From contig NC_086107.1 of assembly GCF_963921235.1 (NCBI RefSeq), forward strand, positions 100,070,001 through 100,134,000: a DNA stretch of 64,000 bases. Direction: 5' to 3'. Below, in pieces: positions 51,227 to 64,000 of the stretch. Both the position numbers and the translations under genes were made by a program. A model generated the notes under the pieces. It had not been told where the DNA came from, made no database searches, and was given only the letters and a program-made list of their open reading frames with translations. Within the stretch, counting starts at the first letter, position 1. Each line of letters begins with the position of its first letter. Origin of the DNA: Mobula hypostoma. Lineage: Eukaryota.

Positions 51227-51424
51227 ATGTGGAGAGATGAAGCAGACTGAGCTTATGCTCTCTAGAGTTTAGAACATACTCGTTTGACTGGGAAATGGTG
51301 GAATACCTTTTACTGCTGGAATCTTTCTGAAACAGAGGTATCAGTAGCTGTGTCATATGAACATTGGCCAAAATTATCTTTGGCTTATTTCCACTTTTTT
51401 TTTACAATTTAGTCCTGCACGTTA

Positions 51425-52538
51425 CCTCAGGGGTATGTGCTTAGCCCACTGCTCTACTCTCTATATACCCATGGACTGTGTGGCTAGGCATAGCTCAAAT
51501 ACCATCTATAAATTTGCCGACGATACAACCGTTGTTGGTAGAATCTCAGGTGGTGAAGAGAGGGCGTACAGGAGTGAGATATGCCAACTAGTGGAGTGGT
51601 GCCACAGCAACGACCTGGCACTCAATGTCAGTAAGATGAAAAAGCTGATTGTGGACTTCTGGAAGAGTGAGACGTAGGAACACATACCAATCCTCATAGA
51701 GGGATCAGAAGTGGAGAGAGTGAGCTGTTTCAAGTTCCTGGCTGTCAAGATCTCTGAGGATCTAACCTGGTCCCAACGTATTGATGCAGTTATAAAGGAG
51801 GCGAGACAATGGCTATACTTTGGAGTTTGAAGAGATTTGGTATGTCAACAAATACATTCAAAAACTTCTATAGATGTACCATGGAGAGCATTCTGACAGG
51901 CTGCATCACTGTCTGGTTATGGGGGGGTGGGGTGGAGAGCTACTAAACGGGACCGAAAGAAGCTGTAGAGGGTTGTAAATTTAGTCAGCTCCATCTTGGG
52001 TACTAGCTTACAAAGTACCCAGGACATCTTCAAGGAGCAGTGTCTCAGAAAGATAGCGGCCTTTATTAAGGACCTCCAGCACCCAGGGCATGTCCTTTCC
52101 TCACTGTTACCATCAGGTAGGAGGTACAGAAGCCTGAATGCACACACTCAGCGATTCAGGAACAGCTCTTCCTCTCTGTCATCTGATTCATAAATGAACA
52201 TTGAACCCTTGGACATTACCTCACCTTTTATTAATATATAGCATTTCTGTTTTTGCATGATTCAAGATACATATACTGTATAAAGTATACTGAATAAGAT
52301 TTATTATATTTCTTCTTCTATATTATGTATTGCATTGAACCGCTGCTAATAAGTTAACAAATTTCACATCACATGCTGGTGTGCCTACGGGGATCAGGGG
52401 GTATGGATCAGGGGGCGGGGTTCTGAGTTGGATGATCAGCCATGATCATAATAAATGGCGGTGCAGGCTCGAAGGGCCGAATGGCCTACTCCTGCACCTA
52501 TTTTCTATGTTTCTATGATAAACCTGCTTCTGATTCTA
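51425..52538 (+). mobile_element. Rex1/Babar LINE 3' half with a small nested CR1 tail (about 52381-52517)
   Basis: YKFADDTTVVG, LNVSKMKKLIVDF, LPSGRRYRSL; CR1 tail TTCTATGTTTCTATG interrupts GGT|GATAAACC. Confidence 0.88.
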
Positions 52539-52620
52539 CAGTTCTTGATATGCTCATATCATCCAGGTCCTTAAATGTGATGAATGTTCCTCACTCCTCC
52601 AGTCAGTGATGTGCTGCGTA

Positions 52621-54211
52621 AATGCCTATAAAAAGTATTCACCCCTTGAAAGTTTTCATGTTTTATTGTTTTACCACATTGAATCAGTGGATTTAATTTG
52701 GCATTTTTTTGACAGTGATCGACAGAAGTGACTCCGTGTCAAAATGAAAACAAATTTCTACAAATCGGTCTAAATTTATTATAATTAACACAAAATGATT
52801 GATTGCATAATTACTCACCGCTTTAAGTCAGTATTCAGTAGATACACCTTTGGCAACAATTATAGCCTTGCGTCTTTGTGGATAGGTCTCTATCAGCTTT
52901 GCACATCAGGACACTGCAACTTTTCCCTATTCTTCTTTACAAAACTGTTCAAGCTTTGTTAGATTGCATGGGGATTGTGAGTGGATAGCCTTTTTTAAGT
53001 CCAGCCACAAACTGTCAATTGGATTGAATTCTGGACCCTGACTTAACCACTCCAGGACATTAAATTTGTTGTTTTTAAGCCATTCTTGTGAGGCTTGGGG
53101 TCATTGTCTTGCTGGAAAACAAATCATCTCCCAAGTTGCCGTTGTCCTGCAAACTGCATCAGGTTTTCCTCCAGGATTTCCTTGTATTTTGCTGCATTCA
53201 TTTTATCGTCTACCTTCACAAGCCTTCCAGGACCTGCTATAGTGAACCATCCCCACAGGAAATACAGCCACCATAATGCTTCACAACATGGATGGTGTTT
53301 TTGATTATGTGTGGTTGTTTGGCTTATGCCAAACTGTGTTTAGTCTGATGGCCAAAAAGCTCAATTTTGGTTTTATTAGATCATAGAACCTTCTTCCATC
53401 TGACTTCAAAGTTTCCCACATTCCTTCTGGCAAACTTTAGCCAAGATTTCATGAGTTTTTTTTTCAACTGTAGCTTTCTTTTTGCCACTCTCTCATAAAG
53501 CTGTGACTGGTGAAGCACCTAGGCAGCAGTTGTATGCGTAGTCTCTCCCGTTTCAGGCATTGAAGCTTGTAACTCTTCCAGAGTTGTTGTAGGTCCCTTG
53601 GTGGCCTCCCTCACTAGTCCCCTTCTTACATGGTCACTCAGTTTTTGGGGACTGCCTGCTCTAGGCAGATTTACAGTGTGCCATATTCTTTCCATTTCTC
53701 AATGGTTGACTTAATTGTACTTCAAGGGATATTGAGTGACTTGGAAATGTTCTTGTATCCATCTCTTGACTTATGCTTTTCAATATCTTTTTTGTGGAGG
53801 TGCTTGGAGTGTTCTTTTATCTTCATGGTGTAGTTTTTGCCAGGATATTGACTCACCAGCAGTTAGACCTTCCAGATACAGTTTTTTTTAAACTACAATC
53901 AATTGAAACACCTTGACTGCACACAGATGAACTCCATTTAACTGGTTGTCTTCGAAAACTAATTGGCTGCACCAGTGATGATTTGGTGTCATATTAAAGG
54001 GTGTGAATATTTATGCAATCAATTATTTTGTGTTTTGTATTTATAATTAATTAGATCACTTTGTAGAGATCTGTTGTCACTTTGACATGAGTCTTTTTCT
54101 GTTGACCAATGTCCGAAAAAAAGCCAAATTAAATCCACTGTGCTTCAGTGTTGTAAAACAATAAAACATGAAAACTTCCAAAGCGGGGGTGAATACTTCT
54201 TATAGGGACTG
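52621..54211 (-). mobile_element. Tc1-like DNA transposon with long (~200 bp) IR/DR-type TIRs and decayed transposase
   Basis: 52621-52825 is the inverted match of 53995-54211; TA at 52619-52620 and 54212-54213; inner and outer (AG)TATTCACC-like repeats; minus-strand WSDETKIELFG-like and QGPEFNPI-like remnants. Confidence 0.85.
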
Positions 54212-55749
54212 TAGTTCTCCTAAAAAAAACCTTCTGTCATCCTAGTATCAAATATAGACCCTCCTGTTAAAGGAAGCTGTTTGTTCTAGTTTACTTTGTT
54301 CATGGCTCTCATAATGCACTTGATCAATTGTTACTAAGGGAAGTGAACATGGAATAATTCTGATTAAGAATAATATATCAGATTTTAACAATCAGCTCAA
54401 TTGTTAATGCTCATTAGGTGCTTAATACCATTTTTAGCATATAATGTTGATTGTAACTTCAGCATTTCTTGGTCAGGGATGTTAGATTTTGAATGAGACA
54501 TGAAAAAAAGCTGATCTCCAAGTTGTCTGAAGTTCACTGGGGTTGAAAAGGTTGGGGTGGGCATTAATGTCACAAGTAAGTTTTAGAGCAGCTGCTTTAT
54601 AAGATAGATAGATATATACTTTATTGATATATCTATCTATCTTATAAAGATATCTTATAAAATGTAATAATTGTTGTTTGACAAGGAAGTGGTCTTTTCT
54701 TTCCATAAGTCTGTTTATTTCTGAGAACAATGTTTCGGTCTGATTTTGTACTAGTATCAAAATTTCGGACACGCTGTTAAGTTTTCTTCAAGTTCTACAG
54801 CTTAACATTGTTCAGCAGTTTATTGACAGTAAGCCTGACTAAATGTGAATTTGGGACAAAACCATTTCATATTATTCCATTTTCATGAGGCTTCTATTAT
54901 AGTTCTGAATGTGGAAAGTAGAAACCACTTGAGTAACATTTGAATTGTCCATGATACCTAATGTTGCAAATTAGAATGTATATGCAATTATTGTTTTCGA
55001 AGACTGAATTTTTGGCAGGCTAAATTACCTGAAGCATTCTTAAATAGAAGGATTTCACAATGACACAAAAATTCATCTTCCTTTCAATTAATGTTTTAAA
55101 GCACTAGATTTGTACTACATATTTTAACAATTTGTATTGCAAATTGAAGAATTGATAAATAAATATTTTATAAAGTTCTAAATTTGTTCCTAGTCCTGAA
55201 TATTAAAATTTTATTCACGGCTAAGTGGAATTTTTCTGCTTTCTACTCATTTGCATTCATTTTCCTTTTCCCTTGAATTTATGTAGGTTAAGTTTGAGCC
55301 CAAGGCAATTATCTATATATAGCACTGCTGTGCATTGGACAATGTTTGGTTATATTTATGGGTTACACACTGGTGCACAGCAAGCTTATATTGGGGTTGG
55401 AGGGCTGAGAGGAAGTTGGAATAGTATGGTTTAAACTCACTAGCCCAGCATCTGAAATGCTGTGCCGCCCATCATAATGAACAAAGGATATGATGATGCA
55501 TTACTTTTCTGTATATCAGTTACAAACTAAGAACAGCGTACACATCAATTTCAATTATATTTCATGTTTATGTGATTCTCTGTGCAGCGTCACACTTTTG
55601 CAAAGATGCATTTCATTGTTTGAATAAGCAGTTAAAATTTACCTTTTCCTTTTCTGTAAAATTTTGGTTATTTCTAAAAGTGTAGTTTCAACATCTGAGT
55701 CACCTGGATATCTTTTTTTTTAATTGCAGGCTTCCAATAAGAGGACAAA

Positions 55750-56082
55750 ATGGCTCAACGGGATGCAGACCGGTATCTCTATGTGGACAAAAATATTATC
55801 AATAATCCATTGGCACAAGCTGACTGGGCAGCAAAAAAATTAGTGTGGGTGCCCTCAGAACGCAATGGCTTTGAGGCTGCCAGTCTCAAGGAGGAGATTG
55901 GTGAAGAGGCACTCGTTGAATTGGTGGAGAATGGCAAGAAAGTTAAATTTAACAAGGATGACATCCAGAAGATGAACCCACCCAAATTCTCCAAAGTTGA
56001 AGATATGGCAGAACTGACTTGTCTGAATGAAGCTTCTGTACTCCATAATTTGAAAGAGCGTTACTACTCAGGACTAATCTAT
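55750..56082 (+). CDS. myh9: Non-muscle myosin heavy chain IIA, first coding exon (aa 1-111; N-terminal SH3-like region and start of motor domain). Exon spans 55730-56082 including 20 nt of 5'UTR
   Basis: Translation [36 protein letters not shown]...[38 protein letters not shown] matches the MYH9 N-terminus as recalled (MYH10 and MYH11 begin differently). Polypyrimidine tract plus TGCAG acceptor ends at 55729; ATG in AAAATGG context; phase-0 donor GTAAGC at 56083. Confidence 0.95.
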
Positions 56083-57127
56083 GTAAGCCTTTTCTGTGTC
56101 ATTGTTAATACTTTGTTTTTGCTATTTGTTGTGATTGCCTGAATATTTTCAATCCAAAATACAAAAATCTGCTTTGAATAATCAAAAAAGCGGGAAAATC
56201 TACTGATCCAACAACTGTCAAAGTCGTGTTTACATAAGGGGATGTATATGCATATGATCAAACCTATTCTGGTCACTTGGCATTTAAAGTATGCTTTTCC
56301 CCCTGCAATTTAAATTCTAATTGCTGAAGACATTAGTAACTTCATGCTGATCAACATTACTAGTTTCAGCTAATCAACTTTCTTATAGAATGTAAGATGT
56401 CATTCACTGTCCATAACTTCTCAAGTTGCTGTTTGTAAGGGAACACATCCACACTTTTCATAAGTGCTGACAGTTGAACCCAGTTGAGATTTAACTCTTC
56501 TTAAAAACCTTTTCTAGCAGTTAACTCATTGTATTTTTATAACTCGAATTGTTGAGACAATCCTTCTCTATGTATCTAATGAAAATAAGATAAACACTTG
56601 GGTAGAATCTAATCTTATTAATTTTAAAGAAATTGGTCATGTTCCTTGCTTAGTTTTTCTGATGAGAAAACTGCTAGTATCAGTGACTTTCACACCACAG
56701 ATGGATAATGTAGCTGTTAGTTTCTGTGTCTTTGTTTTCTGCCACAAGAAGGCAGTAATAATAAAAGGTATTTTACATCTGAATGAATTAAAAACTTTGT
56801 ATCTGTAGCCAGTAGTCTCTTTCACCAGTTTTCATTGACCATTTAGTTGTCCACTTAATCTTGAGAATTTAAAACGTGTTTGAAAAATATAAATTCTTGC
56901 AGTTTACAAAGGAGCAGACCTTTCAGCACTTAAATTTGTTCTTACATAGAGTAAAATTGTACTTCATCATTATCCCTACTCCAGCCACCTAATTTAGTTT
57001 TATATCCCTCAGTAATCCTGACTGACAAAAGTCTTTGTTTTTAAAATTGTCAACTAAGCTATCATCATTGCATGGTAGTGAACTCTAAATGTTTGGCACT
57101 GTAGTGGGAAAAATTGATTTGCTGTCC

Positions 57128-58512
57128 AGTAGCACAGCTAGGAGAACCACTGCTTTACAGCTTCAGTGACTTGGGTTTAGTCATGACTTTTGGTCTGTGA
57201 TTGTGACTTTGCAGGTTGCTCTTATTGCCTTGTGGGTTTCCTCTAGGTGCTCTGGTTTCCTCGCATGTTGCAAAGGCTTGTAGGTTGTTGGGTTAATTTG
57301 GCACCAAATAGCACATTGTGTATATGTGAGTGATTGAATCTGGGGAGTTGATGGGAACAGAGAGGAAAGATTAAAATGGGATTGTGTAGGATTAATGTCT
57401 AAGCGGACATTGCTTCGTGGATCCAGAACTGGCTTGCCCGCAGAAGGTAAAGAGTGGCTGTAGATGGGTCATATTCTGCATGGAGGTCGGTCACCAGTGG
57501 TGTGCCTCAGGGACCCCTACTCTTCGTGATTTTTGTAAATGACCTGGATGAAGAAGTGGAGGGATGGGTTAGTAAATTTGCTGATGACACAAAGATTGGA
57601 GGTGTTGTGGATAGTGTGGAGGGCTATCAGAGGTTACAGTGGGACATGGATAGGATGCAAAACTGGGCTGAGAAGTGGCAGATGGAGTTCAACCCAGATA
57701 AGTGTGAGGTGGTTCATTTTGGTAGGTCAAATATGATGGCAGAACATAGTATTAATGGTAAGACTCTTGGCAGTGTGGGGGATCAGAGGGGTCTTGGAGT
57801 CCAAGTCCATAGGACACTCAAAGCTGCTGCGCAGGTTGACTCTGTGGTTATGAAAGCATACGATGCATTGGCCTTCATCAATCGTGGGATTGAGTTTAGG
57901 AGCTGAGAGGTAATATTGCAGCTATATAGGATCCTGGTCAGACCTCACTTGGAGTACTGTGCTCAGTTCTGGTCGCCTCACTACAGGAAGGATGTGGAGA
58001 ACATAGAAAAGGTGCAGAGGAGATTTACAAGGATGTTGCCTGGATTGGGGAGCCTGAATAGGTTGAGTGAACTTGGCCTTTTCTCCTTGGAGTGACGGAG
58101 GATGAGAGGTGATCTGATAGAGTTGTATAAGATGATGAGAGGCATTGATCGTGTGGATAGTCAGAGGCTTTTTCCTAGGGCTGAAATGGCTAGCACGAGA
58201 AGGCATAGTTTTAAGGAGATGTCAGGGGTAAGTTTTTTACATAGGGAGTAGTGAGTGCGTGGAATGGGCTGCGAGTGACAGTGGTGGAGGCGGATACGAT
58301 GGGGTCTTTTAAGAGACTCCTGGACAGGTACATGGAGCTCAGAAAAGTAGAGGGCTATGGGTAACTCTAGGTAATTTCTAAGGTAAGGACATGTTCGGCA
58401 CAGCTTTGTGGGCCAAAGGGCCTGTATTGTGCTGTAGGTTTTCTATGTTTTGTTTCTAATGTGAATGCATGGTGGGCTAAGGGCCTGTTTCTGAACTGTT
58501 TGATTCTATGTA
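57128..58512 (+). mobile_element. V-SINE (57128-57398 and 58463-58512) interrupted by a CR1
   Basis: GTGGGTTTCCTCTAGGTGCTCTGGTTTCCTC V-domain-like motif; CR1-type tail GGGCTAAGGGCCTGTTTCTG resumes after the insertion. Confidence 0.6.
57399..58456 (+). mobile_element. Young 5'-truncated CR1 LINE
   Basis: ORF 57454-57906 SGVPQG...SKFADDTKIGG...FNPDKCEVVHFG; TTCTATGT tail; possible TSD TAATGT at 57393-57398 and 58457-58462. Confidence 0.92.
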
Positions 58513-59704
58513 ACTCCTCAACTGGATAATCATTCTCTTGCAGATTATATTTTCTGGTAGATTTCATGAGCAGAAAATTTCGTTTATCCACCTGAACTGT
58601 TCTCACTTTTTTGTCCAGATTTTCTCCTCCTGTTTCTGTAAACATTGATTCCTGTTTAGGCATTATTATACTGCTGTTGGTAGCAAGTTCTTGTTGGAAT
58701 AACAATTTTCACATGTGGTTGCAGAGCTATGTTGTTCTCAATACTCTTCTCTATTGAAGCCCAAGTAATTCTGGACTCTTGTAACATTGGCTATGCGGGG
58801 AAGTCCATGGTACTTCCGTACTTGACATTGCTCTCCTGAAATGGACTCCTCTTCTTGTGCCAGAGCTCAGAATACAATTACTGGGTAACTTAGAAGGAAA
58901 AGATTCAAGGATCTACCCAAGCTCTCTGAGAAATGCAATGCCCACAAGACATCAGCTGGTAAATTCTAAAAATAGAAATGGAGCATGAGGGAAAATGAGC
59001 TCCTGAAGCATGGATCAATATCCCTGCTTGAGTGGTAGAAGGAACAGACTGTTCACTTAACTGCCTTATGTGCTGTCACCTCCATCTTTGGAAGAATATG
59101 CATCAGCAACTCATTTCCACAGGACCAGAGTGTTAGTCATTCTTAGTCTTCAGTATCTGAGGAGGAGAAGAGTTTCCATTGTATTGATATTTGGGTTCAT
59201 TCCAATTGCTTAAGGAATTTTACTTATTCAAGCATAGATTCTCATCTGAAAGTGCCAAATTTTTATATCCAGTATTGCCCATTGAAGATGTCGACCATGA
59301 TGTATTACAGTTTCACTCTGCTTAGAATGGAACTGGAACAAATGGAAAAGTGGTGGGGGGGGGGGTGGCAGAAGTAAAACTATTTCATCAAGATCCAGCA
59401 GACAACATGAGGCTGCTAGTATTAAGTGGAACCACAGTGACGCTCTGGGACTGTGTACAATACTCCCAGATATACCTCTTTAGAGTTACTCTCACTGCAG
59501 CATGTAATTTTCTTTTAAGTAATGTACTTTTAAATTGACTTAATGAACTACAGATTTCACGATATTGTGAAGGGCTTGGCAGACTTAACTCTCAAGCAAG
59601 CAGGTATGGCACCTTTAAGTGGGTGAAGGTTCATCACCATGGCCAGAAGTGAGGCAGGAGAGGGGGACTCCAAGCCAGAGGAATGAGACCCCTCTACTCA
59701 GCAT

Positions 59705-61467
59705 CTTTTTAGCAAATAACAGGGCTTCACTTCCAGATGAGCTCAATGCCTCCTATGCTCACTTTGACTGTCAAAACATGGAGGAATCATCACAAACTCC
59801 TACAGCCTCCAATGGTCCCGTGATTTCAGTCTCTGGAGCTGATGTGAGTAGCCTTCGGGAGGTTGAACCCACGACAAACATCTGATCTAGATAGGGTACC
59901 TGGTTGAGTACTGAAGACCTATGATCAACTGGCTGTAGTGTTCACTGATATCTTTAACATCTCATTTTGACAGTCTGAGTACCCACCTGCTTCAATCAGG
60001 CTTCAATTATACCAGTGCCTAAGAAGAACGTGGTAACCTGCCTCAGTAACTATCATCCAGTAGCACTTGCATCCACAGTGATGAAGTGTTTTGAGAGGTT
60101 GCTGATGAAACATATCAACTCCTATCTGAGAAGCAACTTTGGATTCGTGCCAATTTGCCTACCGGTGTAACAGATCCACAGCAGATGCCATCTCATTGGC
60201 TCTTCACTTAACCTTGGAACATCTGGACAGCAAAGATACAAACAAAGGGATGCTTTTTATTGATTATAACTCGCCATTTAATACCATCATCCCCTCAAAC
60301 TAATAAATAAGCTTCAAAACCTTGTCTTTGATACCTCCCTGTGCAATGGGATCCTCGATTTCCTCACTTGCAGACCCCAGTCAGTTCAGATTGGCAACAA
60401 CATCTACCCAAACTCCATCAGCATAGGTGCACCACAAGCTTGTGTGCTTAGCCCCCTGCTCTACTCAGTTTGTACTTGTGTCTGTGAGGCTAAGCACAGC
60501 TCCAGTGCCATATTCAGGTTGCTGATGACATCACTTGTTGGCAGAATCAGAGGTGGTGATGAATCAGCATATAGGAGGGAGATTGAAAATCTGGCTGAGT
60601 GGTACCACAACAACAATCTCTCACTTGATGTCAACAAGATCAAGGAGCTGATTACTCAGTTCATGAGGTCCAGGAGCCAGTCCTCATTTGAGGTGGGGCG
60701 AGGGGTCAGCAACTTTAAATTCCGCGGTATTATCATTTCAGAGAACCTGTCCTGACCCAGCATGTAAGTACAGTTATGAAGAAAGCATGGCAGAGCTTCT
60801 GTTTCCTTGGGTATTTGTGAAAATTCAGCATGATATCTAAAACTTTGGCGAACTTCTGTAGATGTGGAGAGTATGTTGACTGGCTGCATCATAACCTGAT
60901 ATAGAAATGCCAAAGCCTTTGAATGGAAAGTCCTACGAAAAGCAGTGGATACAGCCAAGTCCATCACAGGTAAAACCCTCCCATCATTGAGCACATCTAC
61001 ATGGAGCATTGCTGCAGGAAAACAGCATCTATCATCAGGGACCTCCCACCACCCAGGTCATGCTCTCTTCTCACTGCTGCCATCAGGAAGAAGGTATAGG
61101 AGCCTCAGGACTTTCACCACCAAGTTCAGGAACAGTTATTACCCCTCAATCATCAGGCTGTTGAACCAAAGGGGATAACTTAACTCAACTTCACTTGCCC
61201 CATCGCTGAAATGTTCCCATAACCTATGGACTCGCGTTCAAGGATTCTTCATCTCATGTTCTCAGTATTTATTGCTTATTATTATTTTTTGTATTTGTAC
61301 AGCTTGTCTTTTGCACACTGGATGATTGCCCAAGATGGTAGTCTTTCATTGATTCTATTGTTGTTATTCTATTATGGATTTATTGAGTATGCTTGCAAGA
61401 AAATTAATCTCAAGGTTGTATATGGTGACATATATGTACTTTAATAGTAAATTTACTTTGAACTTTG
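59705..61467 (+). mobile_element. Decayed Rex1/Babar LINE covering most of the RT region
   Basis: ASLPDELNASYAHF; PVPKK...YHPVAL...MKCFERL; LSPLLYS; LPSGRRYRSL; (ACTTTG)n tail. Confidence 0.88.
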
Positions 61468-62304
61468 CTAAATGAAGATTATAAATCAATGTGCAATAAT
61501 GTCTAATAGCAGGAAACCAAGGAAATTGTAAATACTGCTTACATTGCTCAAGATGTGTTTTTGGATTAAATTTGGCGACTATATATCCTTAATTATTCTT
61601 TTAGACCTCATTGGTATATTATAATCTAGTGAGTCCGGTAGATTAAATCACCTCCAGTTTCTTTGCGATGAGAAGCCCTATAATTATATTCCCAAACATT
61701 TCTGATAATTCAGACACTTAGTTATGTATCAGTGTGCTTGGTGAGCGTTAAGTGTATAAATTTGGAAGGTAGTGGTAGGATAAAGTGTAATTGTCCTAAT
61801 TCTTAACTACCCCCATGTCCCATTGTAAAGGTTGGGCTTTATTCATTTTCTCTTCTACTACAGTATTAACCTTGACCTGCTAGTTGTATTTGGAAAATTG
61901 CATGTATTGCAATACATTTTACCATTTTAACTGGGTGTTGAAGAAGATGGAGAGTCTTCAGGGAGATTATAGTCTCAGTAAATAGATGCAGAATTAACAT
62001 TTTCCCTTGTTATGTTTTGTAACTCCAATACATAAAATTAATTAAAAGCAGCAGAACACAAAACTGGGAATGTGAGTCTAACTACATGTTTACTTTCAGT
62101 GAGGCATGCACGTATCACGTGGTAGTGTCGTGACATAGGCAGTTCACTTTATACTTACAACCCATAATAAATTATTTAAACAATGCTTAAATCAACAACA
62201 TATTTACAAGATTACACAAATATTACAAACACAACAATCCTGACTAGTGTTCCTAGAACTAGGCTGTAAGTGGAGGGTTTGAGATTGAGACAAGGTATCT
62301 ATAA

Positions 62305-62383
62305 CAGGGTTTACCAAAGTTTTTTATGGCATGGAGCCTTGCCATTAACCAAAAGGTCCATGGACCCCAGGTTGGAAACCCTG
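62305..62383. mobile_element. hAT MITE, second copy of the 44076 family in opposite orientation
   Basis: CAGGGTTTACCAA / TTGGAAACCCTG TIRs; 8-bp flanks ATCTATAA and ATCTGTCA (6/8 match). Confidence 0.65.
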
Positions 62384-63394
62384 ATCTGTCAGAACAAGGA
62401 CTGGTTAGGTTGGGTAACAACTTCACCCCACCCCCACCCCACCCTTGGCTCTGAGAATTCTGACACACTGCCACCACCCAGTACATTATTTATGTAGCAC
62501 CGATAATACTGTTGTATATTAACTATGTGCAGTTTATGTCAACTTGCACATAATATCAGAAAAGGTAATTTTAAAAGGTTTTCTGTTTATCACATAGAGC
62601 ACATTATTTAATGTGCTATATGTGATCTATGTACTGCATACTTCACTTGGCCCCTGAGGAATGTTGTTTCGTTTAGCTGTATACATGTATATAGTTGAAT
62701 GACAATAAACTTGAACTTTTTACCTAATTGGTAAATTGAAATTCCTAACCCAGGAGGGTCATGAAGACTCAGCCTCTGAATATATTCAAAACAAGATCGA
62801 TTCTCTTTTGGATATAGGATAGGGAATACAGGTTTAATGCAGGAAAGTGCTGTTTGAGGTAAAAAGTCAGTTAATCTTTTTGAATAGTGGAGAAGCACAA
62901 TGGCCCAAACGCTTACCTTTTCTGTTTCTTGCGGTCCAGAAGTCTCATTGAAAACAGCTGATTTGGAATTTGGGGTAATTGTTTTGGTGATAAAACTGTC
63001 ACTTTGGAATATATTGGGGTAGAAAGCTACCTGAATTTGAGTTTGTTTGGATTTCAGGGCTACACTGTGATGCTCGTGGTTAACATTGTAATGGAAGCAT
63101 TTAACCCTGTTTTGATACTTAGAATTCTAAGCTTAATTGTCAAACGAGGTAGAGCTGTTGTAAGTGAACTAGCTGTAAGAATTTGCACTAACAAGCAGGA
63201 AGAAACGTGAATTTGTATAATTCTTTAACCCCCCCCCCTCCGGATAGCTCAACGTAATTAAATACTCTTTTGGAGTATGTTTGTATGGTAGAGGAACAAA
63301 TCTGATTCCGCTAGCTTTGCAGTAGAATCTTAAACACAGCATGATTTATATCCCGATCTATTCAAAGAGCACAAAGCTGCAGTATTGGTGCTAA

Positions 63395-64000
63395 CGGGAT
63401 TTCCCCTCCTCCATTATTGATGCTGCCCTCACCTGTATCTCCTCCATTTCCTGAACATCCGTGCTCACTCCTTCTTCCCGCCTCATTAACAGTGACAAAG
63501 TCCTTGCCTACCACGCCACAAGCCTCTGCATCCAACACATCATCCTCCCAACTCCGTCATTTCCAAAGGAATCCTACCAATTTCTGCAAGGATTGCTCTT
63601 TCTGTGATTCCCTTGTCCATTTGTCCCTCCTGGCACTTGCCCTTGCAAGTGGCTTAAGTGCTACACTTGCCCATTCACCAACTGACTCGCCTCTATTCAG
63701 GGCCCCGAACAGTCTTTACCGGTGAGGCAACACTTCACCTGCGAATCTGCTGGGGTCCTCTATTGTGTCCACATCTACATTGGTGAGACCTGACATAAAT
63801 TGGAGGGCAGTTTCGTTGAGTACCTCCATTCCATCTACCAAAAGTGGAACTTCCCAGTGGCCAAACATTTTAATTCCAGTTCCAACATGTGGGTCTATGT
63901 CTCTTGTGCCAAGATGGGGCCCCCCCTCAGGGTGGAGAAGCAACAACCCTATATTCCTTCTGGATAGCCTCCAACCTGATGGCATAAATATAGATTTCTC
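63395..64000 (+). mobile_element. Decayed Penelope element, GIY-YIG region; runs off the window
   Basis: GTGAGGCAACACTTCACCTGCGAATCTGC...TACATTGGTGAGACC...CTCCAACCTGATGGCAT, homologous to the reverse complement of 36635-36960. Confidence 0.85.

Noticed and set aside
55750..56142. 130-aa ORF as a complete gene
   Set aside because: It is myh9 coding exon 1 read through the GTAAGC donor at 56083
1..64000. CRISPR array, prokaryotic operon or defence system
   Set aside because: Eukaryotic intron-containing DNA; recurring motifs are dispersed retroelement ends, not regularly spaced repeats with spacers
56143..64000. myh9 exon 3 (TYSGLFCVVINPYK...)
   Set aside because: Not found in the ORF track or by reading; presumably downstream of the window

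Overview
Vertebrate genomic DNA, CpG-depleted and very repeat-rich. The repeat mix (CR1 with TTCTATGT tails, Rex1/Babar, Penelope-like elements, V-SINE and DeuSINE relics) suggests a cartilaginous fish, probably a ray; this is inference. The only host gene I can support is non-muscle myosin heavy chain IIA (myh9) on the + strand: a CpG-island promoter and probable non-coding exon 1 at about 37.8-38.3 kb, a ~17.4 kb intron 1, and the first coding exon at 55730-56082 (codons 1-111). The next exon lies beyond the window. Almost every other ORF in the track is a transposon fragment or noise. Most notable: (1) a young Penelope insertion with an intact GIY-YIG ORF and an intact minimal hammerhead-ribozyme core, antisense and ~1 kb upstream of the myh9 CpG island, plus many decayed fold-back relatives; (2) a CpG-rich MITE in intron 1 that closely resembles mammalian MER2 (TcMar-Tigger), a horizontal-transfer candidate; (3) a twin-priming-type inverted CR1; (4) two perfect template-switch hairpins; (5) a young sense-oriented L1 in intron 1; (6) an intron start that mimics the next myh9 exon. 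I see no evidence of a wholly new multi-gene system. Family names come from recalled motifs, not database searches, and boundaries of old repeats are approximate.
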